Shown here piece by piece: positions 24,833 through 38,899 of a stretch of DNA of 64,000 nt (the first letter of the stretch is position 1; every line of letters begins with the position of its first letter). Location: assembly GCF_006345805.1 (NCBI RefSeq), contig NC_043001.1:110608001-110672000 (forward strand), read 5' to 3'. The notes beneath the pieces were generated by a model. That model saw only the letters and a program-made list of their open reading frames with translations. It was not told where the DNA came from and did no database searches. This DNA is from Octopus sinensis. Its lineage: Eukaryota. Made by a program: the position numbers and the translations under genes.

Positions 24833-25567
24833 GAGAGAGATAGAGAGAGAGAGAATGCCATAAAGCTAGATAGATTCTTGAATGTATATACATATATAAT
24901 GATATAATGCTTACATGTAGATATCTATAGGCATGCGGTGTTTTTTATGCTTCTTTCTCTAATCAATATGATTCTGTCACTTAGAAATACTTCAATTAGT
25001 TCCGCCATATTCGTAGTTTGAAGTATTTCATAACGTGTTTCTTTTCAGGCAATGATGATTGACGTGAACGTAGGTCTGCGTTACAGGATTTGTTACTCAC
25101 TGACGCATGAGGCATTGTGATGTTTTTCTCAATGGCACTTGTATTTCAATATGACTTAGTAAACCGGAATGTTGTGCTTTACATATAAATGGGAAGATTT
25201 CCACAAAAAACAAATCAGCTCAACAGAAAAGCTTTCGCGTGAAAATAAACCTGCAAGTGGTTTAGTACTATAAGTATATGCAGAGATGTCTGTGTGCGTG
25301 TGTATAAATATATGAATATATGTGTGTCTGCGTAATTATATTTACTTCGATGCATGCAAATTTGAATGGTTAAGGGCTAGTTCCCGAAGCTAAGCTTTTG
25401 AATGCTACTTGGCAACAGATTAGAAAATACCCTTTGTTTAGCCTCGGACGGTTCGATGCTTCTGTAATTGAGTGTCAATGGAATATTCAATCACTTTCCC
25501 CGTAATTTCAGTTAGCAAGTCACTCACTGGATCCCTTCTCTGAAGGATTCTGCATTGGAATTGAGAA

Positions 25568-25890
25568 GGCATAGGAGTGGCTGTGCGGTAAGTAGCATGC
25601 TTACCAACCACACGGTTCCGGGTTCAGTCCCACTGTGCGGCACCTCGAGCAACTGTTTTCTAATATAGCCTCGGGCCGACCAAAGCATTGTGAGTGGATT
25701 TGGAAAACGGAAACTGGAAGAAGCTCGTCGCATATATGTATATGTACATATGTATGCGTGTATATATGTTTGTGTGTCTGTGTTTGTCCCTCCCGCAACG
25801 CTGCTTAACAACCGATTCTGGTGTGTTTACGTAACTTAGCGGTGCTCCAGCATGGCCAATCAAATGACTAAAACAAGTGAAAGAGTAATA
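25568..25890 (+). mobile_element. SINE family B with internal deletion
   Basis: Head and tail are present; the sequence jumps from TTAGCGGT directly to GCTCCAGCATGG (GCGGT microhomology). Confidence 0.85.
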
Positions 25891-26562
25891 GAATAAAGGA
25901 GATTATGACACTCCCGCGCGTGCACAGAAAGACATGCAATGATATGAATCTTATAACCCGTCGCTCTAACGACGTATCGATTACCCCGGTAAGTACAGAC
26001 ATATTTTTAACAGTCTCAAGCCACCATTTCTCCATTCATTTCCCTTCTTACAAACAATATAATCCTAAAATAGTGATGGTCATTTTACTTGCAACCTCTG
26101 CTACCTTTCGAAATGAACTGAAACCTGTTGGACAACATGAGGTATCTACGACAGAAAAGGACGGATGGTCACGTCTGGAATGTCTGTTACTATAAATCTG
26201 TCACCTTAGATAAAAGCTAACCCGGAGGCTAAACAGCGCTGGTATGCATACATCTTTATAAATGCCTATGTGTGCATTTTTCCGGAAACCCCATGCAGTG
26301 CGAATAATTCCTACGTCCCATTTATTTCTGTTTCTACGGGTGACTTTGTAAAAAATGCAAGAAAATTATAATAAAGAAATAAATATACTCACATAAAATC
26401 ATATATTTGTGTGTATTTTGTTTGCTTTTGTATTATTTCCATGGATTCTTGAATTATTTCGTCTTTTGACATCTGTTCTGTATGAAACGTTTAGATATTT
26501 ATCAGTTACATAGAGTTCATTTCGATTTCTTTTTTTGCTTTTGCGAAATAAGTACTATTCCA

Positions 26563-26627
26563 GTATATATATATACATATAATACATATATATATATACG
26601 TATATATATATATACATATATATATAC

Positions 26628-26693
<66 letters not shown>

Positions 26694-26736
26694 CAAACAT
26701 ATATATATATACATATATACATATATGTATATATAT

Positions 26737-26772
<36 letters not shown>
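26563..26772. repeat. (TA)n-rich microsatellite
   Basis: Seen directly in the sequence. Confidence 0.9.
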
Positions 26773-27789
26773 ATTTAACCGATATTTTCATCATGCTTGC
26801 TCGGTTTCCAGATACTTATTTTCTATGGCATCCTACAGGGTTTTAATCCGTTAAATTAAGAAATTAAAACCGTACTCTAACTGTTTACGCTACGGGATAC
26901 TTACGTTATACTTACACGTTCTTGTATAATTTAGAAAAATACTTCCTTTATTGAATGACATAATTAACGGTGGTGAATGGAGATTCCTCATAATTTTATG
27001 ACTACGAGAGGAAGGACTGTATAATGTGGCATCAATCAAAGTAGGTCAGACAAAATTTGGCGGGAATATTTTCAACTTGTGAGGTCAATAATTTGTATAG
27101 TTACATTCCATAATGTATTTACGTACTGAATACATATAGCACATATTTATGTGCGTTCGATATTTTTGTTATGTTGTATATTTAGTGAATTTGATGAGGG
27201 AACGTAGTGACGTAAGGGAATATCTTCGGGTTTTCAGGAATTCATGCGTCCACCAAAGCCACAACGGCAGTTGCAAGTACTTAAGTGCCAGCTTGGGAAA
27301 CCAGCCCTCGTTTTTGTACTAGTAGAGTATGACTGGAATAGCATAATTGGCGCGTATTGAATTTTGGGGAGGAGAAACCGGTAGAAGGGGGTCAAATACC
27401 TCACAAATCTACCAGATATTTTCCGTGTTTATCAGCTGATAATTCTCCATATTTGAACACGGCCAATGTGGATCAGTGACACCTTGACTGATGTCTGCTG
27501 CATAACCTGCTGGTAGCTATACCGAATGCAGATAGCCACATTCCTGTGTTTAAAATCAAAGAGAACGAGTTACTTAAAAGCTTAAACTGTAGGTAAGGAC
27601 AGTGATAGCCTGCGATCAGTTGCGTTTCTTTATGCGGATCATTTGTGTCAATGGAAGAAGAATATAACGATAAATTGAAGATAGAAAATATTAAATTGTA
27701 GGAGTTATTCAAATAAGAAGAGTAGTTAAGAACATTTTGGTAAGAAACCTGTTGAAATCCAGCATTACTTCAAAATGAAACACGAAACC

Positions 27790-28080
27790 TTATTGCCAGA
27801 ACTAACACACCTAGTTGTGAATATCGCTGCTCTTCCAGCTCTAGCTTGATGAGGGTGGAATCATCCCAGATAAATGGTCCTAGAGACGCCATCATGTGAA
27901 GAGCCGACCAGGTCCACCAGTGCTCCACATCACTATCAGTTCCCCGCCAGCCGATCTGCATCTTCCATGGTAATGTTGAGTCTCTGGAGAGCTCCTCCAA
28001 TCACGACCAGCCATCTGTTGTGGAGTCTTCATAGGATGATCTAACAGAAGGCGGAGGACATGTCCGTACCGAAAGGTGGG
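27790..28080 (-). mobile_element. RTE-clade LINE 3' fragment, degenerate
   Basis: Minus-strand peptides RYGHVLRL..DHP and WLVVIGGALQRLNITMEDADRLA...ALVDLVGS. Confidence 0.55.
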
Positions 28081-28237
28081 ATATCTAAAAGTATTTGCAG
28101 ATGAAGAAGACCTTCTAATTCCATGTTCTTATTGATGAAATTAACCACCCTGTCTACATATCTACCCACTTTGTAATGTTGGCAAATGAAATAAGTATAA
28201 AAATGTACATTGTCTATTTAATTAATAATTTTATATA

Positions 28238-28291
28238 TGGAGCTGAAGATTGCTCTTCATTTTAAAAGTAGCATGAAACGATTGTACTACA
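28238..28291 (+). ncRNA. Minimal type I hammerhead ribozyme (Penelope pLTR type), slightly degenerate
   Basis: UGGAG-CUGAAGA-U-UGCU...AGCA-U-GAAAC-GAUU-GUA-CUACA. The core is intact; stem I has one mismatch. Confidence 0.6.
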
Positions 28292-28375
28292 CTACATTGG
28301 ATATCCTTGTTGCTTATTTTGATCACCCCATTTGATTTATATAGATAATACCATACCAAATTCCGGTGCCTTTAT

Positions 28376-28384
28376 ATGAATATA

Positions 28385-28421
<37 letters not shown>

Positions 28422-28684
28422 GTAAGTATATATATACATATGTAAGTATGTATGTATATATATATATATATATATTATATATACGACAAGAGATAATTTA
28501 TGCCTCTTTTTATGGTGAGAAAATGGTTTACAAGACTGCAAAAAAGAAGTGCTCGAATGAAATTGGGACAGATAAACAAAAGCAATACATTGATTAGACA
28601 ACAAACTAGAATTTGATGTTCGTTCTCTAATTAATGTTTATATATATATGTATATGTGGGTGGGTGTATATATATATATATACA

Positions 28685-28738
<54 letters not shown>

Positions 28739-28804
28739 ACATATATACATATATATATATACACACATATACATACATGTATACAGATATACACATATAT
28801 ATTC

Positions 28805-28835
<31 letters not shown>

Positions 28836-28860
28836 ATATATATATATTCATGTATATATG
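28376..28860. repeat. Two (TA)n-rich tracts
   Basis: Seen directly at 28376-28482 and 28639-28860. Confidence 0.85.
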
Positions 28861-29294
28861 TCATGGTATGAGTATGTAGTGTCTTCCGTCTGAAATTGAA
28901 TCAGTTACTTTGGTATTTCAAACGATATGACTTTATTTACCGTAACGTATATATTTTCATGTATATTGTATGTATGTAAATGTGCAATCACAGAAATTCT
29001 GAATTTTCATGTTAACTCTTTATCTATGACCGAAAACAGCTATTTAAAGACTTGTATATTGTAATACATTATATTTCGTTTCGATTTTGGCTCATAATTT
29101 TGGCCCATATCTATTTTCTGATTGTTATTTTATGTGTAATTCTAGAAGCTTCTCTCGAATTTCTTTCAAATTCCTTGTAAAATGGCGTGTCTACTTTTCT
29201 CTCATTCACCCCGTCTCTACACTTTCTGCCAACCCTCTCCTACTCTCTCTGTCTCTCTTTCTCACTTTGTTCATACATATACATATTCATATAT

Positions 29295-29342
<48 letters not shown>

Positions 29343-30224
29343 TCATACACATACATACATACTTACATGAATATGTATGAGTATCAATTTGTATTAATGA
29401 ATATATGCATGTGCATTTATGCCGAAATTCCTTTTAGTAAGAATGATAGTTCTTTAACAGCTCATATTTCCGTTGTGTTCTTTAAATTGTTCCCATTATA
29501 CATTTGCGAACATCTGGGTTGACAGTCAAAAGTATAGCGCAAAGTATTACACAATTTCAATAATTCTATTCAAAAGACTGTTTCCGCATTTGAAAGGCAG
29601 CAATGAAGGTGTTTTTTAAAATTATTGTAAAATGGCTGTGTGGTAAGAAGCTTGCTTCCCAACAACATGATTCCGAAAGTTATATCAGGAGAAACACTAC
29701 GTAATTCAGCATTTTGATTTTAACAGGTTAATGTGTAATTTAAAAAAAAAAAAAATTTTATCTGCAAAATCCGCGCCATTACGCCTCCACTAAGCGGTTG
29801 TTGTTGTCACTTGGCTTAATTCATTGTAAATCACCACCACGAGCTGATATCAAGGCGACAGTGGAGAATGCAAAACACTGAATTTAATTAAAAAGAGACG
29901 ATGAGCAATGGCTAGAAGAATATTAAGCGAAACCGTATACACTCTATCGAAGAAGCGGGGCCACATCTCAGTGAGGATTCCGGTACGTAATAATGTGCTT
30001 CAGAGATTAATGCTCTGATTATACTCTAATGCTGATAATGCTCTAATGACCCCATAGACTTCCTAGCAGCATTCAGTATGCAAACCTCTTACCTAGTAGC
30101 GCTTGCATCTGCTAGTTGTTTCAACGTAAAATAAAGTGCCTCGCTCAAGCACACTTGTAAATGCAGGTGTAACCAGCTGAAAGTTCTGCTCACTAAATAC
30201 TTATGAAGTTTTCAAATGTGTGTG

Positions 30225-30352
30225 AAAGGTTGTAAGCTCGCTTCACAGCAGCGCGCTGTTTCCTTGAGCAAGACACTTTATTTCACATTACTCCAGTACA
30301 TTGAACTGATGATAATGAGTTGTATCTGGAATTCAAAGGGCTGGCCTTGTCA
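30225..30352 (+). mobile_element. CORE-type SINE fragment
   Basis: CCTTGAGCAAGACACTTTATTTCACATTACTCCAG...TTCAAAGGGCTGGCCTTGTCA matches the copy at 18441-18770. Confidence 0.75.
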
Positions 30353-31013
30353 GCCCTAACATAGATATCAGTTTAGTCACGTGAATTATTTTTATAGAGA
30401 ATAATCAATCCAATAACCATTTCTAGTTTTATGCTATTTAATGTTTCTAGAATGATCAGTTGGAGTGTTGCTTGTCATCAGACACTTTGATCAATGTGTA
30501 ATGTTAAATTTCCAAATTTATCCATCGTTATGACTACATTCTATGGATAGATTCAGAAACCTAGGTTTAGTTTTCGTTTGTAAGAAAATGCCAAATAGAT
30601 ATAACATAGAAAATTAAAAATAAGGGCAATAAAGGGAAGCTCATTTAGGTTATTAGTGCAAACCGCAAAGTTTCTAGCAGAAAGATGCCTGATGAAATGG
30701 AGATTACTAGATCAATTTTCGCCATATTAACTTGCATGAAATATTTGACATTCATTTAGCCATCAGCTGGATTTTGTATATCTCGCCGGTATTTCTCATA
30801 GTTCTATGCACGGAATAATTGCCAAATACCTCCCAAAGCGGCTATTTGTAATTCCTCTGTGACTCTCTATTTCTCTTCCATTTCTCTCATTCTCGCCTTT
30901 CCGTCAAATGTGTTTGCGTGTGTATATATATATATATAAATATATATATATATACACATACACACACCATGCATGCGTGCACGTTACTCTGTGTTTGCGT
31001 GTATATATGTATG

Positions 31014-31050
<37 letters not shown>

Positions 31051-31850
31051 ATGTATGTATATATAAATTACCCTTTATCACTCAAGCGGAGGAAAATAAC
31101 TAGATTTGAATATTTAGTAATCTTTAAAACATATGTAGCCGTTTGTCATTATATCTGCAAATGAGCCCGCGTGTGCCTGGTTTTACGTGTATGTGAGTGT
31201 ATGTACGCATTACGTTTTTGTCAAAGTACACTCGCATACACGCCAATGTATATACATACACAAACACATGTATATACATGCAAACATACATCGATATTAT
31301 AATCAAGCAGATACAGATATATCTCTGTGTATGTTTGTATTTGTATAGCGACGTACTATCATGCGAAGTAACATATATATTACTGAGCACATTTAATAAG
31401 GCTGAGAGACGTGTTATAGAACGCTAATAACTCTAAATTTTCCACAAAAAAAAACAGTCATAATTTGTAGTGTTCTAATTGCAATAATTAGATGATATTA
31501 TTCCAGAATACTACAAATTATTATTATAGAATGCAACATATGACATCACATTCCGAAACGGAAACTTACCTGGCCAGGAGGAGAATTTGCTTTTCATTAA
31601 CGACTTATCTCTCGGTCGATTCAGTTCTTCAGTTGAAACAACGGATAATGATGCTCTTATTCTGCGATGTTATTGAGATTCCGCTCCGAATTGCTTTAAA
31701 TTTCATTCAGAGTTACAAGCACATATGCTGTACTCGAAAGCAAAAATATGCGTACACACACACACACACACACAAAAAGACACACACACACACACATATA
31801 CCAATATATACATACACACACACGCACACACACACATATATATATATATA

Positions 31851-31968
31851 TCACGTGATCACATGACCGACCAGACCATCAGATGTTGTTACACATCGCT
31901 GGTCATAATGCGTTTGCATTGTTTTAGCCTTCGAATGACGCCACCCCGCTGGCTAAGCGAGCAGGCCA
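31851..31968. mobile_element. Short GC-rich insert in (TA)n, probably a truncated SINE tail
   Basis: Sharp ~118-bp GC-rich block flanked by (TA)n on both sides; I found no second copy in this window. Confidence 0.4.
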
Positions 31969-32674
31969 ATATATATATATATATATATATATGTATATGT
32001 ATACACACACTCACACACATGCATACAAACACACACACCTTGATATGTGTGCATGTGCGTGTTTGTATCCGCTGGTTTGAAGGAACAGAATGAAAAGTAC
32101 TCGGTACTATATTAGACAGCTCTAGCATATTCGGTTAATGAGTAACTTGTACATCCGGAAATTTCCGGACGCGTGGGCAATTTTTAAAAGAGCAAAGCGA
32201 ATCAAAGAAACAAAAAAAGGAAGGAACCTAAAATTCTTACATATGGGAAAACATTTCCCGTAATAGAACCAAAATACATATATATAAGCTTGATGTACGA
32301 TAGACATAATGTTTTCCTACAAATCATGGCCAACACATGCAAAACCATTTTCAACGGTACCAAATATGTGTTTTGCAAAAAATTATGAAAAAGTCCTAAA
32401 CTACCCCCAACGGCTGTATGTAATTGTGAACTAATTAAAACTGGTTCATATTTTTTAGATATAGCAGTAATATTATTAACGATATTCATGCTAGAAACCA
32501 CACAGGATCATAATGCAATTGTATTGCTGCCACTCTGCATAAATCTATGAATATAAAAGAATAAGTTCTGATTTCTTGACGCTGGTAGCTTACGAGAAGC
32601 ATAACAACTTTTCAAGACTTTGTTTATGAGAGTCAATTATAAGTGTTATAGATTATTTTAACTTTAAACCATTA

Positions 32675-33040
32675 CTAGCAATATCCCCTGGTGTTGTTCG
32701 GGTTTGTTTTGACCCTTTAGAAGTGGAAGATTTTGCATTATGTAGCTTGTTATTCTCTTTAAGTGAACATTTTTCGGGTTGAAATACGCCGAAAAATGGC
32801 GACAGAGCAGTCAAAAAATCGTAAAAGATAGGGATTTTCATAGAGAAAAAAAGCAACTTTTTGATGTAAATAATTTTTGGTGTTTATATGGTTTGAATTC
32901 TGTCTTCTACAGAAGGAAGAACAAGCCTTCTTCTATCATACTCTCAATTTTGGTCAACTTTCGCCGCAGGGTCTCGGAGGAGATAATGTTAGTTGAAGGC
33001 TAACAAACCTGCCATACACAGACAACTTCAAATAGAGAGA
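32675..33040 (-). mobile_element. Non-autonomous Helitron
   Basis: The minus strand starts A|TC at 33040 and ends with an imperfect GC hairpin CCCGAACAACACCAGGGG then CTAG|T at 32675. It is inserted in an AT dinucleotide with no TSD. Confidence 0.65.
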
Positions 33041-33406
33041 TTAATATACATTTCATGAGCTGATCTACGAACTTTCTATTCCTGATTGAAGGACACAGCT
33101 GTAACTGCACTTTGAACTGATAATACTAAGCACCGCTTGTTACCGCTTACTAAGTTTGCAGAAGGGAATCGGATGGTGAAAATAACTTGTTAGTTCACGA
33201 TGCAGTAAAACTTTCTGCTAAACTGGGTACGAACGGTGCAGAAAATTATGAAATGTTCAAACTACTTGTGGATTGACTTGTATGAATCGAGCATATGTCT
33301 TTCAAAAATATAAGATATTTAAGGACTGCAGACAGGAGGTAAGAGATGATGAGAGCTGTTAGAAGCAAAGGGATGCCAGAACGTCAAAGCTTGTTGAGAA
33401 AATTAT

Positions 33407-33569
33407 ATATATACGACGAGCTTCTTTCAGTTTCCGTCTACCGAATCCACTCACAAGGATTTGGTCAGCCCGAAGCTATGGTGGAAGACACCTGCCCAAG
33501 TTGCCACGCAGTGGGACTGAACCCAGAGCCATGTGGTTGGTAAGCAAGCTACTGACCACACGGCCACTC
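33407..33569 (-). mobile_element. SINE family B, 5' half
   Basis: Reverse complement of the B head up to the internal (TA)n. Confidence 0.85.
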
Positions 33570-34177
33570 CAATCGCAAAAACAAAAAGAAACAATGCATG
33601 TCGACAGCAGCACTTGAGAAGACAGCACATCCGTCAAGCTTAGGGATTTTGATACTTGATACATGGAAATATATGTTTTTCATAATATTCCTACGATTTG
33701 ACAGACGGGAGAAAATATAGGACTTGTTCCATTTCAGATTGAATACATAGAAATGGGTTATGAAGACTCGACGGTGGGGTGTATTCCCCCAACTTTAACG
33801 TACAGGATATAGACAGATGCAACAAGTGATCGATAACTGTAAGATCACAAAAAAATATTTCGCTTTTGGATTTGGTTTGCAAGATACTTTATGTGAGTCA
33901 AACATATTGTAAAGGTTGCAATACGAACGAAAAGTTTAGGAATATAAAAATAAGAAATAAGTGGAAATTTTACCGGTGAATGTGTTAAATTATAAGGCAC
34001 AAAGAGAAAATTACTCGCCCCAGACACAACAGAATCACGAAAAATACTAATCTAAAATTAGTGAAATTTGACATAACTTTATCTTTCACTACATACATTA
34101 GACATATTTCGTAACCTAACGAGAAAATCCACGTTCCAAAAGTGTTTAATATAATTAAATATCTAATGGATAATATT

Positions 34178-34508
34178 TCTTTCTTTATTGCCCACGGGGG
34201 GCTAAACGTAGACGGGACAAACAAAGACAGACAAAGGGTTTAAGTCGATGACATCGACCCTAGTGCGTAACTGGTACTTGTTTCATCGACCGCGGAAGTA
34301 TGAAAGGCAAAGTCGACCTTGGCGGAAATTGAACTCAGAACGTAACAGCAGACGAAATACCGCTAAGCATTTTACCCGGCGTGCTAACGTTTCTTATTTT
34401 GTTATGGCCCACAAGGGGATAAACATTGAGGAGACAAAAAAGGACAGACAAAGGGTTAAGTCGATTAAATCGCCCGGTGTCCTACCGGTTCTGCCAGTTC
34501 GCCGCCTT
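34178..34508 (-). mobile_element. Composite SINE family C (C tail nested in a C head)
   Basis: One 16-bp TSD TCTAATGGATAATATT (34162-34177, 34508-34523) encloses head + tail + near-full copy. Confidence 0.85.
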
Positions 34509-35609
34509 CTAATGGATAATATTACTGTATCAATGTAACCACCACACTATCAGTATATATATGTATGTATGTTCGCTTGTATTTTATTCTCGCATTATAT
34601 AAGCTACGTCCAATTCAAATAAATATGGCAAGGTATAGAACGTAAAAGTGCATAACGTCCAAGTTTCTTCACAAAGTCACTGCAAATACGAGTCAACAAC
34701 AGTGAAGTCTTAGATTTTATATTGTACATAGCGTTACCGTGTAAACAGCATTGTTGGTTGAATAGATGCAGGCCAAACTCTATGATTTCAACCTGCGTTT
34801 AAAGGTTTTCTAGTTGTCATATCTGATTGTCTCCATTATTTACCTTATTAAAACTATTTTGCTTTCTAAAGGCGATGGTTTGGGATTTGATGCTGACGTG
34901 CCTGCATTTTGTTTCAGGTCAATTGATTAGATATCACCTCATTTTGTTACTGCAGCCATATATTGCGAGTGGCATTGACGAAGAAATTTCCAAGGAGGTT
35001 TCCAATTACATATTAGAATTTCGTTTGCGGGTCTCTGTATACGGATAACGGCTAAGGTATTGTAGTATTATCCAATGAACAAGTATTGCAAATATTGTCC
35101 AAACAATTCAGAGATTGGTGAAAAGTGTAAAAGCTACTCGTGTTGATCTATGATATCTCTAAACACAAACAGGTGACTTCATTGTATAAACCCTCACATT
35201 TACCCTTGTATTTATTCGGGATATACATTTACTTGTCGGTCTTTCAAAGTACAAAAAAAAGAATGTTAATATAATTTATAGTTCAGTGTAATGCATAAAT
35301 TGTCTTTCTAATGTTTTCAATAATAAAGTGCCTAGCAAATTTCTACAGTGTGAGCCGCAAAAACTGAAAAAAAAGTATGATCTAATGTCCAAGAAATTTC
35401 AAAACAAAATGTTCCTCGTAAGATTCACCAGCATTTCAAGAAAAATAAAACTCAAACTAATTATTTCTATAGTTGACTGAATGTTTGGTAAGATAGAAAA
35501 TAAACATTAACTTCTAAAACCATTACAATGGTTTTAGAAGTTATATACGTTTCTATCTTATCTAGTCCTCCACAGAAACGTATATTCCACTTTTTGGCAA
35601 GATGGCGTG

Positions 35610-36277
35610 ATCAATATTGTTGCCATCCTATTGTCTCGGGAGACAATGGAGTTGCGCATAAAATAATTCAGTCTGGTTTTTATATTTCATGTCCTAATAC
35701 ATCTGCTGTGGCTGTGTAGTCCTATCCTTGATAAACACTCCCTCTGGCAGGTGCCGCAAATGTGCGAAGACTTTGAATGGCTGGATGTAATGTCATAGTT
35801 TCTTGTTGACGTCTTTTCTTGTCTTTTCATTTCTCCTCTCTCTCTCTCGCTGTGTCACTCCTTCGTGTTCCCCCTTCTATGGTGCCTCACCAATCTCCAC
35901 GGTTGCTGGCAACCGCTTCCCAGTTGCTAATATTGATGTCGCAGGCCTTCATGTCCCTTTTGCAAACATCCTTGTATCGTAAGAACGGTCTTCCTACAGA
36001 CATAGTGCCCCTAGCAAGCTCTCCGTAGAATATACCCTGGCGGATTCTGCCATCTTCCATACGACTAAAATGTCCAAGACATCTCATACGTATTTGTGGG
36101 AAGAGTGCAAACATGCTTGGTATTCCAGCTTGAGGACATTTTTGTTGGGGACACGATGCTGCCATTTGATACCAAGAATTTTCCTGAGGCAGCGCAGATG
36201 ATGCTTTTGGCGTGTGTATGGCATCCAGGTCTTACCGCCATATAGTAGAGTGCTAAGTACACATGTCTGTAACTCTC
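35610..36277 (-). mobile_element. RTE (BovB-like) LINE, 5'-truncated, with long TSD
   Basis: ORF 35887-36165 reads RMRCLGHFSRMEDGRIRQGIFYGELARG...GRPFLRYKDVCKRDMKACDINISNWEAVASNR. Flanking direct repeats lie at 35547-35609 and 36278-36341. Confidence 0.92.
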
Positions 36278-36918
36278 ACGTTTCTATCTTATCCAGTCCT
36301 CCACAGCAACGTATATCCCACTCTATTGGCAAGACGGCATGTTGTATATATCTACAATTTAAAAGACGTTAATGAAATGTATGAGTATTTCTAATACTAT
36401 GGAACCTGAGGGCTATCATAAATGAATGATTTGCATATCTTAAATAATGTTTTCAATGAACTTTTATCGTGGTGGTAAGCATCCGATTCATTTATAGCAC
36501 TTGAGGCTTAATTTTCGTAGTTTTATCACTTTCGAAATGTCAACAGTGTATGATATATGATGCATGTGCTGTATATATGATCATGTTGTTAACGTAGCAA
36601 TCAACTGGAGTTCTGCTGCGGATTGGTACTTGTATTAATCTGTATATTCTGGTCGTGCATCATTTATGCAGCAAAAAATTTTATTTAAATCAAACATTCT
36701 CTACGTAGTGTTTTGACAATGACATTTTAAAACTGTGCGGACATTAGTTCCTCTTTGCTCATAACTGCATTTTTCTGTCTTTAGTGTAAACAAGAATTGT
36801 ATAGGCTTTGTTATTTATTTATTTTTTTTACTTGAATATTCACTTTTAGAAACGAAATAACTAGATTTCCGGCCATTATGTTTGTACGTTTGTAGATGTA
36901 AATGTTAATATCCAGTTG

Positions 36919-37022
36919 CTTCTCTCTCTCTCATTCTTTCTCTCTGTCTGTCTCTGTCTATCTGTCTCTTTTACTGTCTCTTTCTCTCTTTCTGTCTCTT
37001 TCTCTCTTTCTCTCTCTCTATC

Positions 37023-37111
<89 letters not shown>

Positions 37112-37133
37112 GTCTGTCTCTCTATCTGTCTAT
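36919..37133. repeat. (TC)n/(TCTA)n microsatellite
   Basis: Seen directly in the sequence. Confidence 0.9.
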
Positions 37134-37137
37134 ATAA

Positions 37138-37418
37138 CATCGTTTCCGCACCCGTCATATGCGCCAGATTTAGCACCTTCCCAAGACGAAAATGCAACTC
37201 ACAGGTCGCCGTTTTAATACCGTTGTTGAGATCGAGAGCGAATCGCAGAAGGTCGTCGGCTCACAGGCTTACGGAGAAGGAAATCCAGGTCGGATTCCAA
37301 AAGTGAGGGGAACGCTGGGACCGGTGCATTATAGTGCAAGATGACTATTTCGAAGGAGATTAGGTTAAAACTCAAGTAAATAAGTTATTTTATCTTAAAC
37401 ATAAATACTCCGGGAGCA
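37138..37418 (+). mobile_element. Second mariner family, transposase C-terminal fragment
   Basis: Peptides PHPSYAPDLAP, KMQLTGRRFNTVVEIESESQKV and ERWDRCIIVQDDYFEGD* (stop at about 37363). Confidence 0.85.
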
Positions 37419-37808
37419 GTTTTTCAGTCATTTGACCGAGGCCATGCTGGATCACCGCCTTTAGTTGAGCAAATCGACCCCAGTAATTATTCTTTGTAAG
37501 CCTAGTACTCATTTTATCGGTCTCTTTTTCCCGAACCGCTAAGTTACGGGGACGTAAACACACCAGCATCGGCTGTCAAGCGATGTTGGGGGACAAACAC
37601 AGACACACAACCATATACACACACATATATATATATACCTATATACGACAGGCTTCTTTCAGTTTCCATCTACTAAATCCACTCACAATCATTTGGCCGG
37701 CCCGAGGCTATAGTAGAAGACACTTGCCCAAGGTGCCACGCTGTGAGACTGAACCCAGAACCATGTGGTTGGTAAGCAAGCGACGTACCACATTGACACC
37801 TGTGCCCA
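37419..37808 (-). mobile_element. SINE family B
   Basis: Reverse complement of a near-complete B copy. Confidence 0.9.
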
Positions 37809-38681
37809 CGAATATACAAAGAGAGAGAGAGACAGATTCATATTGATAGTTAGGTATTATGTATCTAGAAATATGTATGTGTGGTTATATATATATATAT
37901 ATATATACACGCATGCGTATATATGTTTATATATGTACGTGCAATTGATCAGATGTTTCAGAGAGGGCCGTTTATATAAAGGGCAACCGTGTTCACAAAC
38001 ATCATGAAGATGCTCATCTCTGGATATGCTAGTTAGAATATTAAACTTTAGTACATTGGCTTGAAACACTTAACAACAACAACAACAACAACAAATCAAC
38101 ACCTCCACCAACAACAACAACAGCAACGAAAAACAGAAAAAAGAAACCGGTTGCACGATTGCAAACAGATGCACAAGTATCGGAATACCGGAAAACCATT
38201 ATAACTGTTGAAGCAAAATAAGTTGAAAACAGAAATTTACATATGTAAATACATATATACATGCACAAACATATATACACAGTATTGAATGGCCGTTGCT
38301 TCTCCTGTGTTTATCCGCCCATTGATAGGTTTTCGTTTTCATTCCGTAGGGTGCCCCTGCGTCACTCTGCTCCAAAAGCAAGCTTGGTGAGGCCGCTACT
38401 TTACACCCCAATTTCCTTAGCATACGTATATACATACATGTATAAACATACGCATAGATATGTTTCGCAGCCTATATATACCCGGTTAATGTTCAGACTA
38501 TATATTGTTTTAATGATCATTAACTTGATATACATATAATATAGGTGTTTGTGTTCTTTTGAGTATATACATGTATATATATGCAAAGTTATTAACCAAG
38601 ATAAAGAAAACATATACACGTAGATATGCATGTGTATAGGCATATATGAGTGTGTGTATAAATGTATGCATGTATGTATGA

Positions 38682-38728
<47 letters not shown>

Positions 38729-38899
38729 TGTATGTGCGCATGTATATATGTATATACGTATGTATGAATTGCTTTATAGGAGGGATAGCGATAAATAGAT
38801 ACATACATAGATACATACATACATATATACATATATACAAATAATTACAGAGAATGAGAGACAAAGAGGGAGAGAAACAGAGAAAAGAGTAAGACTGAG

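Noticed and set aside
31564-31700. Strong minus-strand donor CAG|GTAAGT at about 31570 with a short upstream frame
   Set aside because: There is no convincing acceptor or recognisable protein; such a site is expected by chance in 64 kb.
32155-32170. 16-bp palindrome TCCGGAAATTTCCGGA
   Set aside because: It is isolated; I could not link it to element termini or a partner repeat.
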